A stretch of 64,000 nucleotides of DNA from Laetmonice hystrix (taxonomy: Eukaryota), in contig OZ249436.1 in assembly GCA_965235115.1 (NCBI GenBank), positions 20,772,001 to 20,836,000 on the forward strand. Reading direction: 5' to 3'. This document shows, piece by piece, positions 1-11,945 of this stretch. How positions within the stretch are numbered: the stretch's first letter is position 1; each line of letters opens with the position of its first letter. Both the position numbers and the translations under genes were made by a program. A model generated the notes under the pieces. It was not told the DNA's origin. It made no database searches and worked only from the letters and a program-made list of their open reading frames with translations.

Positions 1-85
1 TGAAAAGCATGAAAACAAGTGCTCCAGCAACTAGCCATTTAACCAGGCGCGCTGGATATGGACGAACCATTGTACTTGATCTCAT
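1..85 (-). CDS. First coding part of a gene running off the left edge; N-terminus resembles a type II membrane protein signal-anchor
   Basis: Strong minus-strand acceptor (poly-T tract + CAG) puts an exon start at 141. ATG at 85 opens MRSSTMVRPYPARLVKWLVAGALVFMLF, a short basic segment followed by a hydrophobic stretch, open to the window edge. Family cannot be assigned. Confidence 0.45.
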   Translation of the reverse strand, partial: MRSSTMVRPYPARLVKWLVAGALVFMLF

Positions 86-912
86 TCTCCAGCATTCATC
101 TTGCTATTTTTGTTTTGAGGGCCGCAGTTCCTGTTGATTAACTGAAAAAAAAAAACAACAGTCGTTACAAACTACACTGGATATGACAGGCAGACCAGCA
201 CATAAAACTTAACTTGACAAACTTGGCGTCTTGTCAGGTTTTAAAAGATTACCCATATATCTAATTTTAAAAGGGTGTTAAATCTTAATGCCAGTGGAGA
301 GTTCTAACAACTAAACAAAAATACTTAGGTCTCAGTTCCACTCGGAGACTAATACACTATGCAGGTGACCTGCCAGTGTAAAAAGCTGTGTTTAGACAAG
401 ACAGATTGGACTTACTGTTCCAGCCTATCGAAACATCAAACAGCCTGCTCATTCCACCTCCAATATTGATAATGTACTATACATGTGGCTATTATACTCT
501 GGCTGTTTGATTTTTCGATAGGCTGTAGATCTTATGTTTTGTAAGAACAACCGAAAACAGTGTGTGAACTTGTTGGTAAATTTGTTAGCTTGATGATGAA
601 TTGGCAATTCAAAATGGACAAATAACGGTACAGTTGAACCCGATTATTCTGAAACTGGACGATCCGACAAACTGAGGATCTGACACTAAAATAGCATAGC
701 TCTAACCAACTGTTTTCAGTACATTTTGCTGCAAATATCAGACGTATTGAACTCGAACACCTTATTCCCCTGACCAAACATCCTAAACTAACTAGTTTAA
801 AATTCTGCGATTCCGTCCCCTATTCTGTGATCGCGGAATTTGACTGCCACTAGAAAACTCTACTGCCCATCAGAGGGGTGAGCCCAAATTGTGACACATG
901 TGTGCTCACTTA

Positions 913-1928
913 TTGGAGTTCCCACTTTCACGTGCGCCAATGTACCAAGATCATAGTGAGTCGCGGTCCATCCAGTTGCCGAGTGCAAAATTCTGTCAGG
1001 GTCACGATGTAAAAATGATATCTAATGCTAGTATGAAGCCAGTACGATGTGCCAGAATACTGGTACGATTTGACACGAAACTAAATGAACAACCACAACA
1101 TAAGTACAAACAACCATGACATCAGTACGATGTATCACGACTTGCCAAGGCAGTGACAAGATGTATCACGATGTGTCACGAATTACTCTGATCTCCTATG
1201 ACATCATTCCGGTGTCGACACTCAGATCTCCGTTGGTCTCAGATCTCCGGGAGCATGGTTTCCTATGGTTTATACTATGCTCAATCTGACTAAGTGAGCA
1301 TGTGCGAGTTGCTGTTTTGGCTCACACCTCTGGTCGTCTGCTACGTGATGGGCGGTGGAGTTTTCCTCAAACAAGAATAAATGATAGTCTGAATAGGAAA
1401 ATTGTTAACCAAATATCGCAGAGGAGATAAGAGTTATTATGTGTGACTCAACTGAGACCTGATATTTCGGATAGTTGGACTAGAATACACGGCTATGCAG
1501 CTAACCTCCTGGAGATCAGAGGCCACGGAGATCTGAGACTGCGACACCAGCTTAGTTACGACTATCCAAGACTATGTGTCTCAGTGGGTTCGTGTTCACC
1601 TTGTACTTGTAGACATTCGTAGCACATCTTGACTACATTTTCCACGGTCATGGCCATTTTTTACAACACAATTGCATACAAATATTCATGAACCATCGCA
1701 ACACTTACACGAAGTGTCACGACAGCACTACGACATCGCTATGACATTTGATCTGTGACGAGTGCACAAAGTACCACAATTTTTTTGAAAATTCTGAAAC
1801 TTGCGCCAAGCCAAAAACTGGACGACTTGCTTTCAAACTTTTGTAACTGTTCAGGACTTCCTACAACATCCCTATGACATACCACGATCTGACATCGGCT
1901 TGAAAATCATGAAGGTGGGAAAGCGACT
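913..1928. mobile_element. Non-autonomous DNA transposon inserted into a MITE copy, TTA target duplication
   Basis: Degenerate inverted termini (ttcccactttcacg ... catgaaggtgggaaag) with TTA at 910-912 and 1929-1931. The flanks (853-912 and 1929-2016) rejoin into the same MITE sequence seen intact at 19419-19772. Confidence 0.5.
1209..1550. mobile_element. MITE family 'ccggtgtcg/ctcagatctcc', copy 1
   Basis: Terminal inverted repeats ccggtgtcg..ctcagatctccg / cggagatctgag..cgacaccag; near-complete inverted copy at 19419-19772. Confidence 0.8.
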
Positions 1929-3943
1929 TTAGTCTGATGCAGCATCTAAACAATGGGAAACTTTGCTCCGGGTCCTGGAGATCTGAGACCGCGGAGATCT
2001 GAGTCCGCGATACCGGCATTAGGTGGGGTCATGGGACCATGAAGCTTCAATCCTATTGGATAATGCTCTACGGCTAAAATATACACTGCCTCACCCTGGT
2101 ATACTTACTACTGTGTGGATTACTGACACTGGCAGTCTGGTAGTTAGTAGTAGACTCGCACCTTATACAAACTCGCACCCTAGTCAAGTCCCCTCCGTCC
2201 GACCAACTTGCAACCGAGCACCCAGGGGTGCATTTCTATAAAGCCCAAAAGACTCTTTGAGACCCTCGCTGAACCCAAAGAGTCTTTGCGGCGATGTGGT
2301 GTTTCTATAACAATCTATTCTTTAACACTGGTCCCGAAATGACGTCTTTTGAAAGACTCTTTGCGCAAAGACATCTTTCCTTACAGAAACGCCCCCTAGG
2401 TCAACTCGCACCCAGTCAATACTCACGAATTGCTATTACCCAGCTCCTGCATCCTAATGCCAGTAACAGCACTGGGCCCAGGGGTGTGTTCCACTAAGCC
2501 CGAAAGATATCTTGGAAATGGTTGCTGAGCTAGAGGTCTTTGGGGCGACGGGTGTTTCACTAACCACCTGTTCTTTAACACTCAGTCTCAGTGGTGAATC
2601 CAGGATTTCAGAAAATGGGGGGCCCACCTTTTGAACTGAACCAAATCCGGGCGCATTGAACAGGGGGCCTCTGCGCCCAGAGGTCGCACTCTGTCTCGCC
2701 CCCAGGGCGCGTACAGGGAGGAGGGGGGCATTTTTGCTACGATTTTGTGCATGCGTACTTAATCATGGACGGCGCCTTAGTCTTAGACTAGTTGAGGGCC
2801 CGGCTCCTTGAAAATACTCAAATCTACTCAACTCAGGAAATGGAGGATTCACATAGGGTAGTATCATAGGCTAAAAACGTTCTTTTGGGTAGATTTGTGA
2901 GGACTGACACAGTGACAGTGCACACTCATTGCCATTGCCATTGCCATTGGGATGATAGGGAATATTATTAGATCTATAATATAAGGCTATATTATTTTAT
3001 AATAAATAAAGCCTAAAAAGCATACGCACCACCGAGGTAAACAATGCATGTGAACAAATGCACTGGCTGTGTCAATCCTTGCTGGTTGACTTAGCCCTAG
3101 CCTAGGCCTAACGTGTTAGGCTATTTATATATCGGTAGGTTATTTACTTATCAAAGTGCAGCGCAGGGTAGTGCCTGAAGCATAGCCTAACGTCACTTCA
3201 ATGATTGGTTCCGCTTCCTCTGTCAGTGGGTGATGTGTCAGTCTGAGCTCTCAGAACGGGCCTCAGAACTCATAGAACTGGACTGACTGGTCCGAGCCGA
3301 GCCACTGCTGCTTGGAGTGTGCTCGGGTAGAAACTGGCTGGTCCCCTGCCTCATTGGTCTATCTCCGAAAGAGGTGAGGCAGGGGACCAGCCAAAACCGT
3401 GGTCTCACAATGCTATATATTTTCATTGCTATTTTCCTGCCGACTGGCATCGCGTAAGAAAATAAAATTTAAGATTATTTGTGCAAAATCAAAATCAGAA
3501 GTATTGGTTTTACTATTAGTACGAATATACAATGACGAATCCACATATAATTTGTCGTGTTTCGGTAGGAAAGACTATCATAAATAGATTCCAGGTCTGT
3601 AAAATTGAATTCATGATGGCGGGTCCTTCCGTTGTAATTTGGGCGCGCTTCTCCAAATTTCCAAACAAAGTTCTACTTCACCCTTCTCAGCTGATCTAGT
3701 TCAAAGCCAGTGAGTTTTCTTTGACATAAAATGAGACGGGATCCTGTCGAGGATTTGTAAGTTCTGTTTACCTTAAAAATTTGCCTCATGACATTGCAAG
3801 CTGAAAAAATTATCTCCCACTTTCGTGACTCAAGTCTCAACTCAACTTCAACTTCAACCAGCAACTTCAAGTCAAGCTTTGGCCTGGCCCTGGGGCTGGG
3901 CTTGGGCCTTGGCATTGTGCCATTGACTGAGTGTCGTCCCAGT

Positions 3944-4717
3944 GGTAACCAGTCGATATGGCCCAGGACCATTATGGCCCAGATGATATGGCCCAGGGTG
4001 CCAGACGATATGGCCCAGGGTACCAGTCGATATGGCCCACGGTTCTGATCGATATGGCCCAGCCAGTCAGACTATATGGCCCACTCTCACTCAGTGGTGA
4101 GGAGTCTGGGACAGGGAGTCAGGGGGCCCGGGGAGTCGGGGGGGGGGGGAGGGGCTGCATTGGGCGGGGAGTCGGGGCCTGGGACGGAGAGTTAGGTGGC
4201 CTGCATGGGGCAGGGAGACATGGGGCCTGGGACGGAGGGTCAGGTGGCCTGCATGGACACGAGTCAGGGGGGATGTCAGGGGGGATGTCAGACCCTGAGG
4301 GGGCATGGGATGGGGAGTTAGGGGCCCCCTAGGCCTTCAAGACCACGGGTGACATTTTGGTCGGCCGGCCGCACCGACATATGCATGCGACTCGCCACTG
4401 ATATACATACGAGTCTACAGCCAGAGGTCTGACTGATATATGGCTACAGTAGGCGTAGGCCTACATGTCATTGTCAGAACATATATTTCTAAAACATATG
4501 AACAGTTACCCTTACCCTTATATTAAGTTATAAGTCTCTTACCCTTATACAGGCATGATATTGGTCAAAATCTCATGTTATATCAAAGATGGGCCATATA
4601 GACCCACTGGATGGGCCATATCGACCGTGGACCATATAGACCAGGGGCCATATCGACTGGGAGTGGGCCATATCGACCAGGGGCCATATCGACCATGGGC
4701 CATAACGACTGGCATTC
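3944..4717. mobile_element. Foldback-like non-autonomous DNA transposon with subterminal tandem repeats and 8-bp TSD
   Basis: TIR ggtaaccagtcgatatggccc / gggccataacgactggcattc; arrays of ~19-20-nt gatatggccc units at the left end and inverted at the right end; direct repeat GTCCCAGT at 3936-3943 and 4718-4725. Confidence 0.75.
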
Positions 4718-7078
4718 GTCCCAGTCTTATCACAGAGCCTCAGAGGCAACAATCGGCATGATTGCCATGAATATTTCTGAGCTTGATACTTTTTTCCTCA
4801 TTTGATATGGCCCATATTATGGGGGGCATTAGATTAGGGCCAGTGCTGGTGGGGGGCTGAAACATTTGTATCGGATCCCCTTCCCAACAGATACGAAATA
4901 GACCCATCCCTTTGCTTTGCCTTTGGACCTAATATTTTCAGCCCCTTCCCCTATTTCCAGATACTTGCTACACCCCGGACTGAGCCTGAGGGAATGTTTT
5001 CCACACTACGCCCACAATGCACATCGAACTCGAAGTGCATTCAGTGCGCATCGAAGCGCATTCTAGAGTTTGCATCCTTTACCGAATTCTAGAATTTCGG
5101 TTCGCTTCGCTTTGCTATTTGCAGCTAGTCTGCAAGGTACCGAAGTAAAGTGAAGCGCATTCTGACGACGATAGTTGTCACCCGCTAAGTAAAACCCATT
5201 GCGCTAAAAGGGCCACCCATTACAACACTGAGTAGTGCGCTTCGCTTCACTTCTAGTGTGAAAAGAACCGCATTCTACTGTATGTAGTGTGAACAGAATT
5301 GAATTGGAGAATGCGCATTGATCATGTGCATTCTGTGCTAGTGTGAATGGTGTGGATTCTGCAGTACGGTTCACATCGCTTCACTTCAGTTTACAGTGTG
5401 AAAGGGCTATAACACTAGGACTAGGTCAAACCTTAACCCTAGCCCAAACATATTGTTTCGGGTCGGTAATAAGTCACACTAATTTATTTATTCTGGGGCC
5501 GGCTATTGGACTTGGAAAATTTAACATAGAAGTGAATGGTTGCTAGGTCGTTCTTTTCGAACTAGCAACCCATGCACTTCTATGTTAAATTATCGACGTT
5601 GCTACTATCGACTATAGTAAAAGGGGCCCCAGCTGTCTGATGGCAGAATAACCACTGCGTAAACGGCTATCCTGCAATAACTCTCTTGAAATGTGGTATC
5701 GACTATCTTGCCAGATTGCTTGAAAATTGCAGGTCTAATTACTTTCTAAGTCAAAGGACAACCAGCAATTTTGATTAGCCACATTTATGACCCATTAGCC
5801 ACATAAGTCATTTGGTAATAAGGTGTATTTCCCCATGTTCATCGTGTAACACAACCTCTTATTCGTGACTTAACACAGGGTCCCCAGTAACAGTGGGACC
5901 TCCCACATTTTAAATATTTTGTCACATACATGTATGTATTTTAAAAACACATTTTTGTGACAACCCCCTTCAGTGGCGGATTCAGCAGGGGGGGGGGCTT
6001 TGAGGGCTTAAGCCCCCCCCCCCCCCAGCTGACTCCAGGGTTATCATTTTGCAGTGTGTCTACGGCTCACCGAAGAGGTTTCATACATACATCAAGCCCC
6101 CCCCCCCCGTTGCAAAATGGATCTGCCCCTGCCTTTTGGGAGATGGCTACAGCAGCACTCTTCTGTATGGCCTACTGACCACAGATGCCCCTGACAACTC
6201 GCTGGTACCAGAAGCCTCTCCTCCAGCTCAAACCTGCTCCTTCAACAGGTTTGCCCCCCACCCAACACCATTTCTCCCACCCACCTCAACTCACAGGCCA
6301 CAACACCTGGCACCATGAGAGACGCTATTGGATAGGTGGCATTCACCAAAGTGGCGAACGATAATTTAAATTTATTAGCCACATTGCAGTTCTGTTCGCC
6401 TTATAGATGGCAAAGTGGCGAGCGGCTAGCGAGATCCCTGCATTGACCATACTATCCTTATTAACAAATTACAAACTGTACAACATTGCAGTATCAGTAT
6501 CAGACGGGTTCCAACTAGATGACATACCAACAAGATGATTCTTACTTTTTTAATGGATGAAATAATTGTTAATTCGTTCAGGAAAGCAAATTGGCCTGTC
6601 TTTCGACCTAGAGGTCTAATAAATATACAATATAGGAATGTAAAAATGAGATTATGTACTGTAGTTCTTCTGAAGTTTTAGAGAGTTCTGGATTTCTGTC
6701 GTAAAATAGTCGAGATAAAGTAACGAAAATTCCTGGTCTTAAAATAATTGGGAGCAATTGTCACAAATATGGTTAGAGGTGTGAGTGATTGTCGAGTGAG
6801 CATTTAATTGTCTTGTGAGCATATATGTTGGTGCCCCGGGGTCCCCATATTGGAGGCATGGAACCATGTCTATCAACTTCCAAGTCTCAACAGACACTTG
6901 ATTTGGATCTTTCACCAGACATTCCCTTTTCGAAGATTTTTTTAAAGGAGCTGTGCCATAATATTATTTCTATTAATATTATTTATTACTCTTCCAAAGA
7001 CTAAGTATTAGTATTATTATTGTCCTGACGAACATATTCTTTTATTATATTTATTTTACAGCAAGATCAACAATTGCC

Positions 7079-9608
7079 ATGGCAGAAGTACTGGTAAATG
7101 AGTGTGTTGCAGTGCTGAATGCCACAGAAGATACAGAGTTCGTATTACTATCTTCAATGGATAGTTGCTATGAAGAATGGACTCGAACCTCTCTGTCAAA
7201 GGAGGAGCAGATTAAAGAGAGCATAAAAGGTAATATGACTTTGAGTACTTATTCTTCTTACAAATTTAATCGGCACTGGCCAAAATAACCCCCCTCTCCT
7301 TAAAAAAACAACAACCCATATCGGAGCACCCATAGCCCTAGCTGTAATTAATTTGCTCGAAAAGACTGACCATTTCTTTCTGATTTGAAGTCAGATGTAA
7401 TATTCCACATAGCATTATTGGTAAAAGCTCTCGATGAAGCACCATTGGTGTTTTTTGAATTTTATTTTTAGTTTTATTTTACCCATTTTCATAATTAAAC
7501 ATTTAAAATGCTTCCAGTGATGTTTTTCCATGAAATTTAGCCTACTTTTCAAATGAGGCTTGAAGGCATCAGTACTGATCCATACTAGTTACAGGCTAGG
7601 AAATTCGTCATTGTGCTCATTTGAAAGGCCTCCAGGACCATTTTTCAACAGACCATTCCTGTACCAAGGCCACTGACAAGTGAAAGACAAATAATCGCCA
7701 GAGTTGGACAAATCCACTAGCCCGAGGTCTGGGACCTGCCATGTTATTGCTTCGGACTTGTGAAAATATATCAATGGTAGCCCGACTGACTTTTGCCCAG
7801 GGCTTGTCTTTTGAGGTGCGCAATTGTGCTTGTGCACCTGAAATTGTTCCAAGGCACGCAAAAGACTGCGCACCTACCTATGAGATTAGTTAAAACTTTG
7901 CGTGCCTAGACAACTTCCTCTAGAGTGACCCTATTCTCTCGAGCTACAGGTTTGAACTTAACTATTTTTTCACATTTTTCAGCACTCACCCAAATGTATG
8001 AAGAGGAAAATGAGAAGATCGCGGTGTTGTCCTCAGCCAGTGAAACAAAAGAACTAGAAAGATTAGCTGAAGAAAAGGGGGCAGCAGAAAGTCATCAGAG
8101 AAAAGCACAAGGGGAAGTTGGTACATTGGAACAAGAGATTGCGGAACGCAAAACGGAGGCAGATCAAAATCAAGATAAATACAATAAGGTGAAAGAGGAT
8201 ACTGCACAAAATCTGCAAAGCCTGAGGTATATTTTAAGATTCTTTATAAAATATACTCTTAGTTTTCCAAAGCTGCCTTTGTACCATACCCAATCCTTGT
8301 TTCGCAAAACATGGCTTTAACATCATGAGTTATCCTGGCCGACATGAGATTTTTCTGTGAATCCGTGGATCTGGCTTTGTTTCTGCCTTTTACACTGTAT
8401 TAATCAATAGAAGGGTAAGATTGCCCACTTTTTTTATGCTTGTTCTTTAGGTAATGATCCGAAATTGAAATAAACGCAGTCAATTCAACAAAACTTGAGT
8501 AAAAATAATTATTTTAAGGGTTTTTTTTAGCAGTCTGGTACCATGGCACGTCCATATCGACAATATTTTTAATTAATTAATTAAGCGTTGACGTTGACAC
8601 ATTTGGCTAGAGACGATTATGCGGGGAGGGCTGGCAGAGCAGAGCGAGGCAACGCATGCGCCCAATCCCGTTGCTATAGTAACGACCGCCCTAACAATGC
8701 TAATGCGGCCATGGCATTCGTTCTCGGTTCTCAGTCCATTGGGATGAATATAAATATGGGACGTATCACCTCATTATGGCTCATAATCAACAATAGACCT
8801 CCCACAAGAATATTATGGATACGACAGAATGTTTTATCAGTCCAGTGGGATAGATTTAATATCAGACCTGTAAGCTTGCAATACACAGATTCGTAAGAGA
8901 TGGGGACAGCGCTTCGCCAACATCAGCGGCCGTAGGGTGATCGATTACTTTTAAGAGGCACCATACTATAATTATATAGCATGAGCTGATGAGGCACCAT
9001 AGCAGTCATATTTGATAAAGACAGGACTGGAATTGCCTGCATCAAGAATTTAAAAATTATTTTCTTTTATTTCTAGGTATGAGGTGACCCTCTACAGCAA
9101 CATCAGTAACATTCGCTGGCAATATGATGTTGATCTAGAGGAAGTCAAGGGATGTATCCTTTTAAGTAAATAAAGAAATTTTAAAATAAAAAGTCACTTA
9201 GTGAATAAATAGTAACGTATAGGAAACATTGAAGGTTTTACCATATTACTTTAAGCTAAGCATATCAGAACAGATATGAACAGGACCAGGGGTCTTCTTC
9301 ACAAAGCACACGCAAGATTTACGGACCCACAAACTGTTTATTACACAGCTGGATAATAATAGTTTGCGGGTCCGTAAGTCTTGCATGTGCTTTGTGAATG
9401 AGGCCCTAGGCTTGTTTTGGTAAATATCAAAGAATGATGAAAGTTTACAGTTATTGACATGTGTTTGGACCAGGGCTGGGAAAAGTCTTATCCTTAACTG
9501 AAGTGAACTAAAGATACCTGCAAACAGAACAGTGTGCAGCCGTTCCAGATGAACACCAAACAGAACTCAAATTTTTTTATTGCCAACTATCTGTGGGACC
9601 TGATGTAA
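7079..9608 (+). CDS. SPC24: Kinetochore protein Spc24 (NDC80 complex subunit), 4 coding exons, ~188 aa
   Basis: Exons 7079-7229, 7983-8226, 9077-9153 and 9514-9608 join in frame (567 nt). N-terminal coiled coil, then RYEVTLYSNISNIRWQYDVDLEEVKGY...VQPFQMNTKQNSNFFIANYLWDLM*, matching the Spc24 C-terminal RWD-like domain pattern (LY..I..I.W.Y...VKG...P..L....S..FI..YLW.L). AATAAA at 9867-9872. Confidence 0.88.
8446..8954. mobile_element. ~500-bp TTAA-flanked MITE (Kolobok-like) in an SPC24 intron
   Basis: Ends ...ggtaatgatc / gatcgattacttttaa; second copy at 58600-59110 with ttaaagg...ctttaa termini. Confidence 0.7.
9154..9513 (+). other. U12-type (minor spliceosome) GT-AG intron in SPC24
   Basis: 5' splice site GTATCCTTTT at 9154; branch site TCCTTAAC at 9491-9498, 15 nt before the 3' exon; no polypyrimidine tract; splicing restores the Spc24 frame. 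Confidence 0.9.
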
Positions 9609-11669
9609 TTAAGAGATGTCTATATGTAAGAACTGTTCTTTATCCAGGTTTTTTTTCAAATTTGGCAAGGAATTTACTCTAACGAAGAGCCAGCACAGTA
9701 TACAGCAGCGTAGTTTCATAGTGCTTACTTACACAGATAAAACTGCCCAAGGTTCAGTTCCACAAAAGGAAGCTGAATCCGCTTTGTCTGTAGCTATACC
9801 TAGGTTAAATTCTGTACTGTATATTACATATATATATGCTTATTTGTACGTCTCTAATTGTAAGTGAATAAAGACTTACAAATTCAGATCTGTGTGAGGA
9901 AAAACTTCCATTTGGTGTCTGAAAAAAGCAACTCAATATTTGGTAGCGATTACCTCCTTTGCCATCATTCATATAACCCATGGAAGCAAACACGCAAATA
10001 ATTGCTTTCAAAAAAACGCTCAACCTTCAGGAATGCAATTCATTATCTTTGGGAAGCAAATTGCTTAGAACTGTTAATTTCAATCCCTGTCATGAAAAGG
10101 CCATATAATACAAATGTACTGGGTACTATCCATAGTATGCAAAGGACTTGTTGCCCATATGTTAAACGTGTATGTTTTCATGCTTAAAACAGACGATCCA
10201 ATAATTATAAATACCAACAACTATGGGTACGAGGTAAAATAATATTTATTTCTTCACAGACAGTTAAGAGCAATAATGATAATGTAACTGAGACAGGTGT
10301 ACTTTTGTCATACACAAAATTTAAACGTAAGGCATACCAATGATCGTACAATTTCAATTTTACAAATGAAAAATAACCCAAACAGCATCACGGCAACATA
10401 TAAAAAAAATTACTTGTTTAGGCCACGCTTTTTTTATTGTTTGGTTTACAGGCACCCTGCAAAGTTACCAAAAGTACGGCGGACGAAACAAAAATAGACT
10501 TCCTCCTACTTTACCCAATTTTTATGATAGTTACATTAACATGTCATGTCGGTGGGAAAAAAAACTACACACCTAAAATATAAACACTTAAAACCCTCCA
10601 TAGGGCTCCTGGGGCCTTAAATTAATATCGATTACTGGCTAGGGCCTAGGCTTAGTGTAGCCAACGAGACTAGACAGTCTAGTCTCGTTGGTGTAGCCTA
10701 GGCAAAGAATGGTGAACGACCTGGAAGCAGGTTTTGTGGTAGGCTTCCGGTTCCAATTTGTAAAAAGTAAATGTTGTCTAACGTGCAGATATTTATGCCA
10801 GGTGATGTGGGCAGGATTAAAAAACTGTTTTTCTGTGTTCTGACTGGCACATCAGGAAGTTAAAGGTGATTTTTTCCAATTTTTTTTTTCTTTCCTACTT
10901 TGGGGTTTCCCCATGTAGGCGTGCCCGTAAACCAAACAATAAAAAAAGTGTGGCCTTAGCGTTGACTACTTTCAATTTTTCCAGGTTGGGAGGGAGGTTC
11001 TAACATTTTTTACTCTATGAAGTGGTGGCTTGCCTGGGGGAAGATATCTATGGTATTCATGGTCAGAAGGCAAAGCCGGAGGGAAACATCTATGGTGTTC
11101 ATGGTCAAAAGGCAAGTTTGGAAGGTACACAAGACCATAGACACTTTCAAGCCAGAAACTGAAGAAGAAAACATGAAAATTGTTGTTTAAATCTTTGTTC
11201 AAGTGTTCTTAATAGAGCGGAAAACGTTGTTCTTTCACCTTATTTTAAGAGTTCTTTGAAAAAAAATCAGTTCGGGACATTTCCCAGGTTGGGCAGGGAC
11301 GCTAATAAAAAAATATTTTTTAAGTGGCCTAATGGATATCTGACGAGAGCGAGAAAATGTTACGTAGGATGTGAAGTAACTTTTATGATGATTGTTTCCA
11401 GAAAATGAATCTGTTAGCTGCTGGCAGTGCTTTTTTAACATTTGAAAATGACGATCCTTAACGGAATGTAGCTCGCCCTAATTTACTTGTAAAATGCTGA
11501 GAGTGACGCTAGGGTGAGAATGTATCTTACCATGATTTCAACAAGTGGGCAATTTTCTCGTCCAACCTTGACCTCAAAGTTAAATTACCAGTGACAATGT
11601 TTAGTAAATTCAATGCTCAAAACATCTGACAAAAGCATCAATGTCGATACCTGATCTTTGTCTGAGATT

Positions 11670-11945
11670 TTATCCCCTGAAGGGTGCTTGATGTGTTTTA
11701 AGGTGTCCCTTTAAATGATCTGATCGAGTAAATGTTTTGCAGCAGACAGGACAAAAGTGTTGTGGTTGCTTGTGCAGTCTCCGGTGGCGGTACATGTTTG
11801 AAATGTTGGAATAACTGTTGCCACAATCGGGACAAACGAAAGCTTTGGTAGGTCCTTGTCCGTCCGGATGACCTCTGCTCCTGTGGTCAGACGAATCTAT
11901 TGTGAAGCCCACTCCTGCCGACTGATTGCACATTTCCCTTTGGCT
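11670..11945 (-). CDS. Gene A alternative terminal exon 2: two C2H2 zinc fingers
   Basis: Acceptor tctttgtttgacag|AGC, phase 0, compatible with the constant-exon donor at 16202. Encodes SQREMC...FVCPDCGNSYSNISNMYRHRRLH...CPVCCKTFTRSDHLKGHLKTH...stop. Confidence 0.8.
   Translation of the reverse strand, partial: SQREMCNQSAGVGFTIDSSDHRSRGHPDGQGPTKAFVCPDCGNSYSNISNMYRHRRLHKQPQHFCPVCCKTFTRSDHLKGHLKTHQAPFRG

Noticed and set aside
3788..4805. Gly-rich/YGP-repeat ORFs
   Set aside because: Arise from subterminal repeats and the G-rich core of a non-autonomous transposon.
10972..11160. Possible third terminal exon of gene A (DHEHHR../DHEYHR.. repeat)
   Set aside because: The phase-0 frame after the ttcttcttcag acceptor hits a stop in 4 codons; the longer ORF is out of phase and partly a 42-nt duplication.
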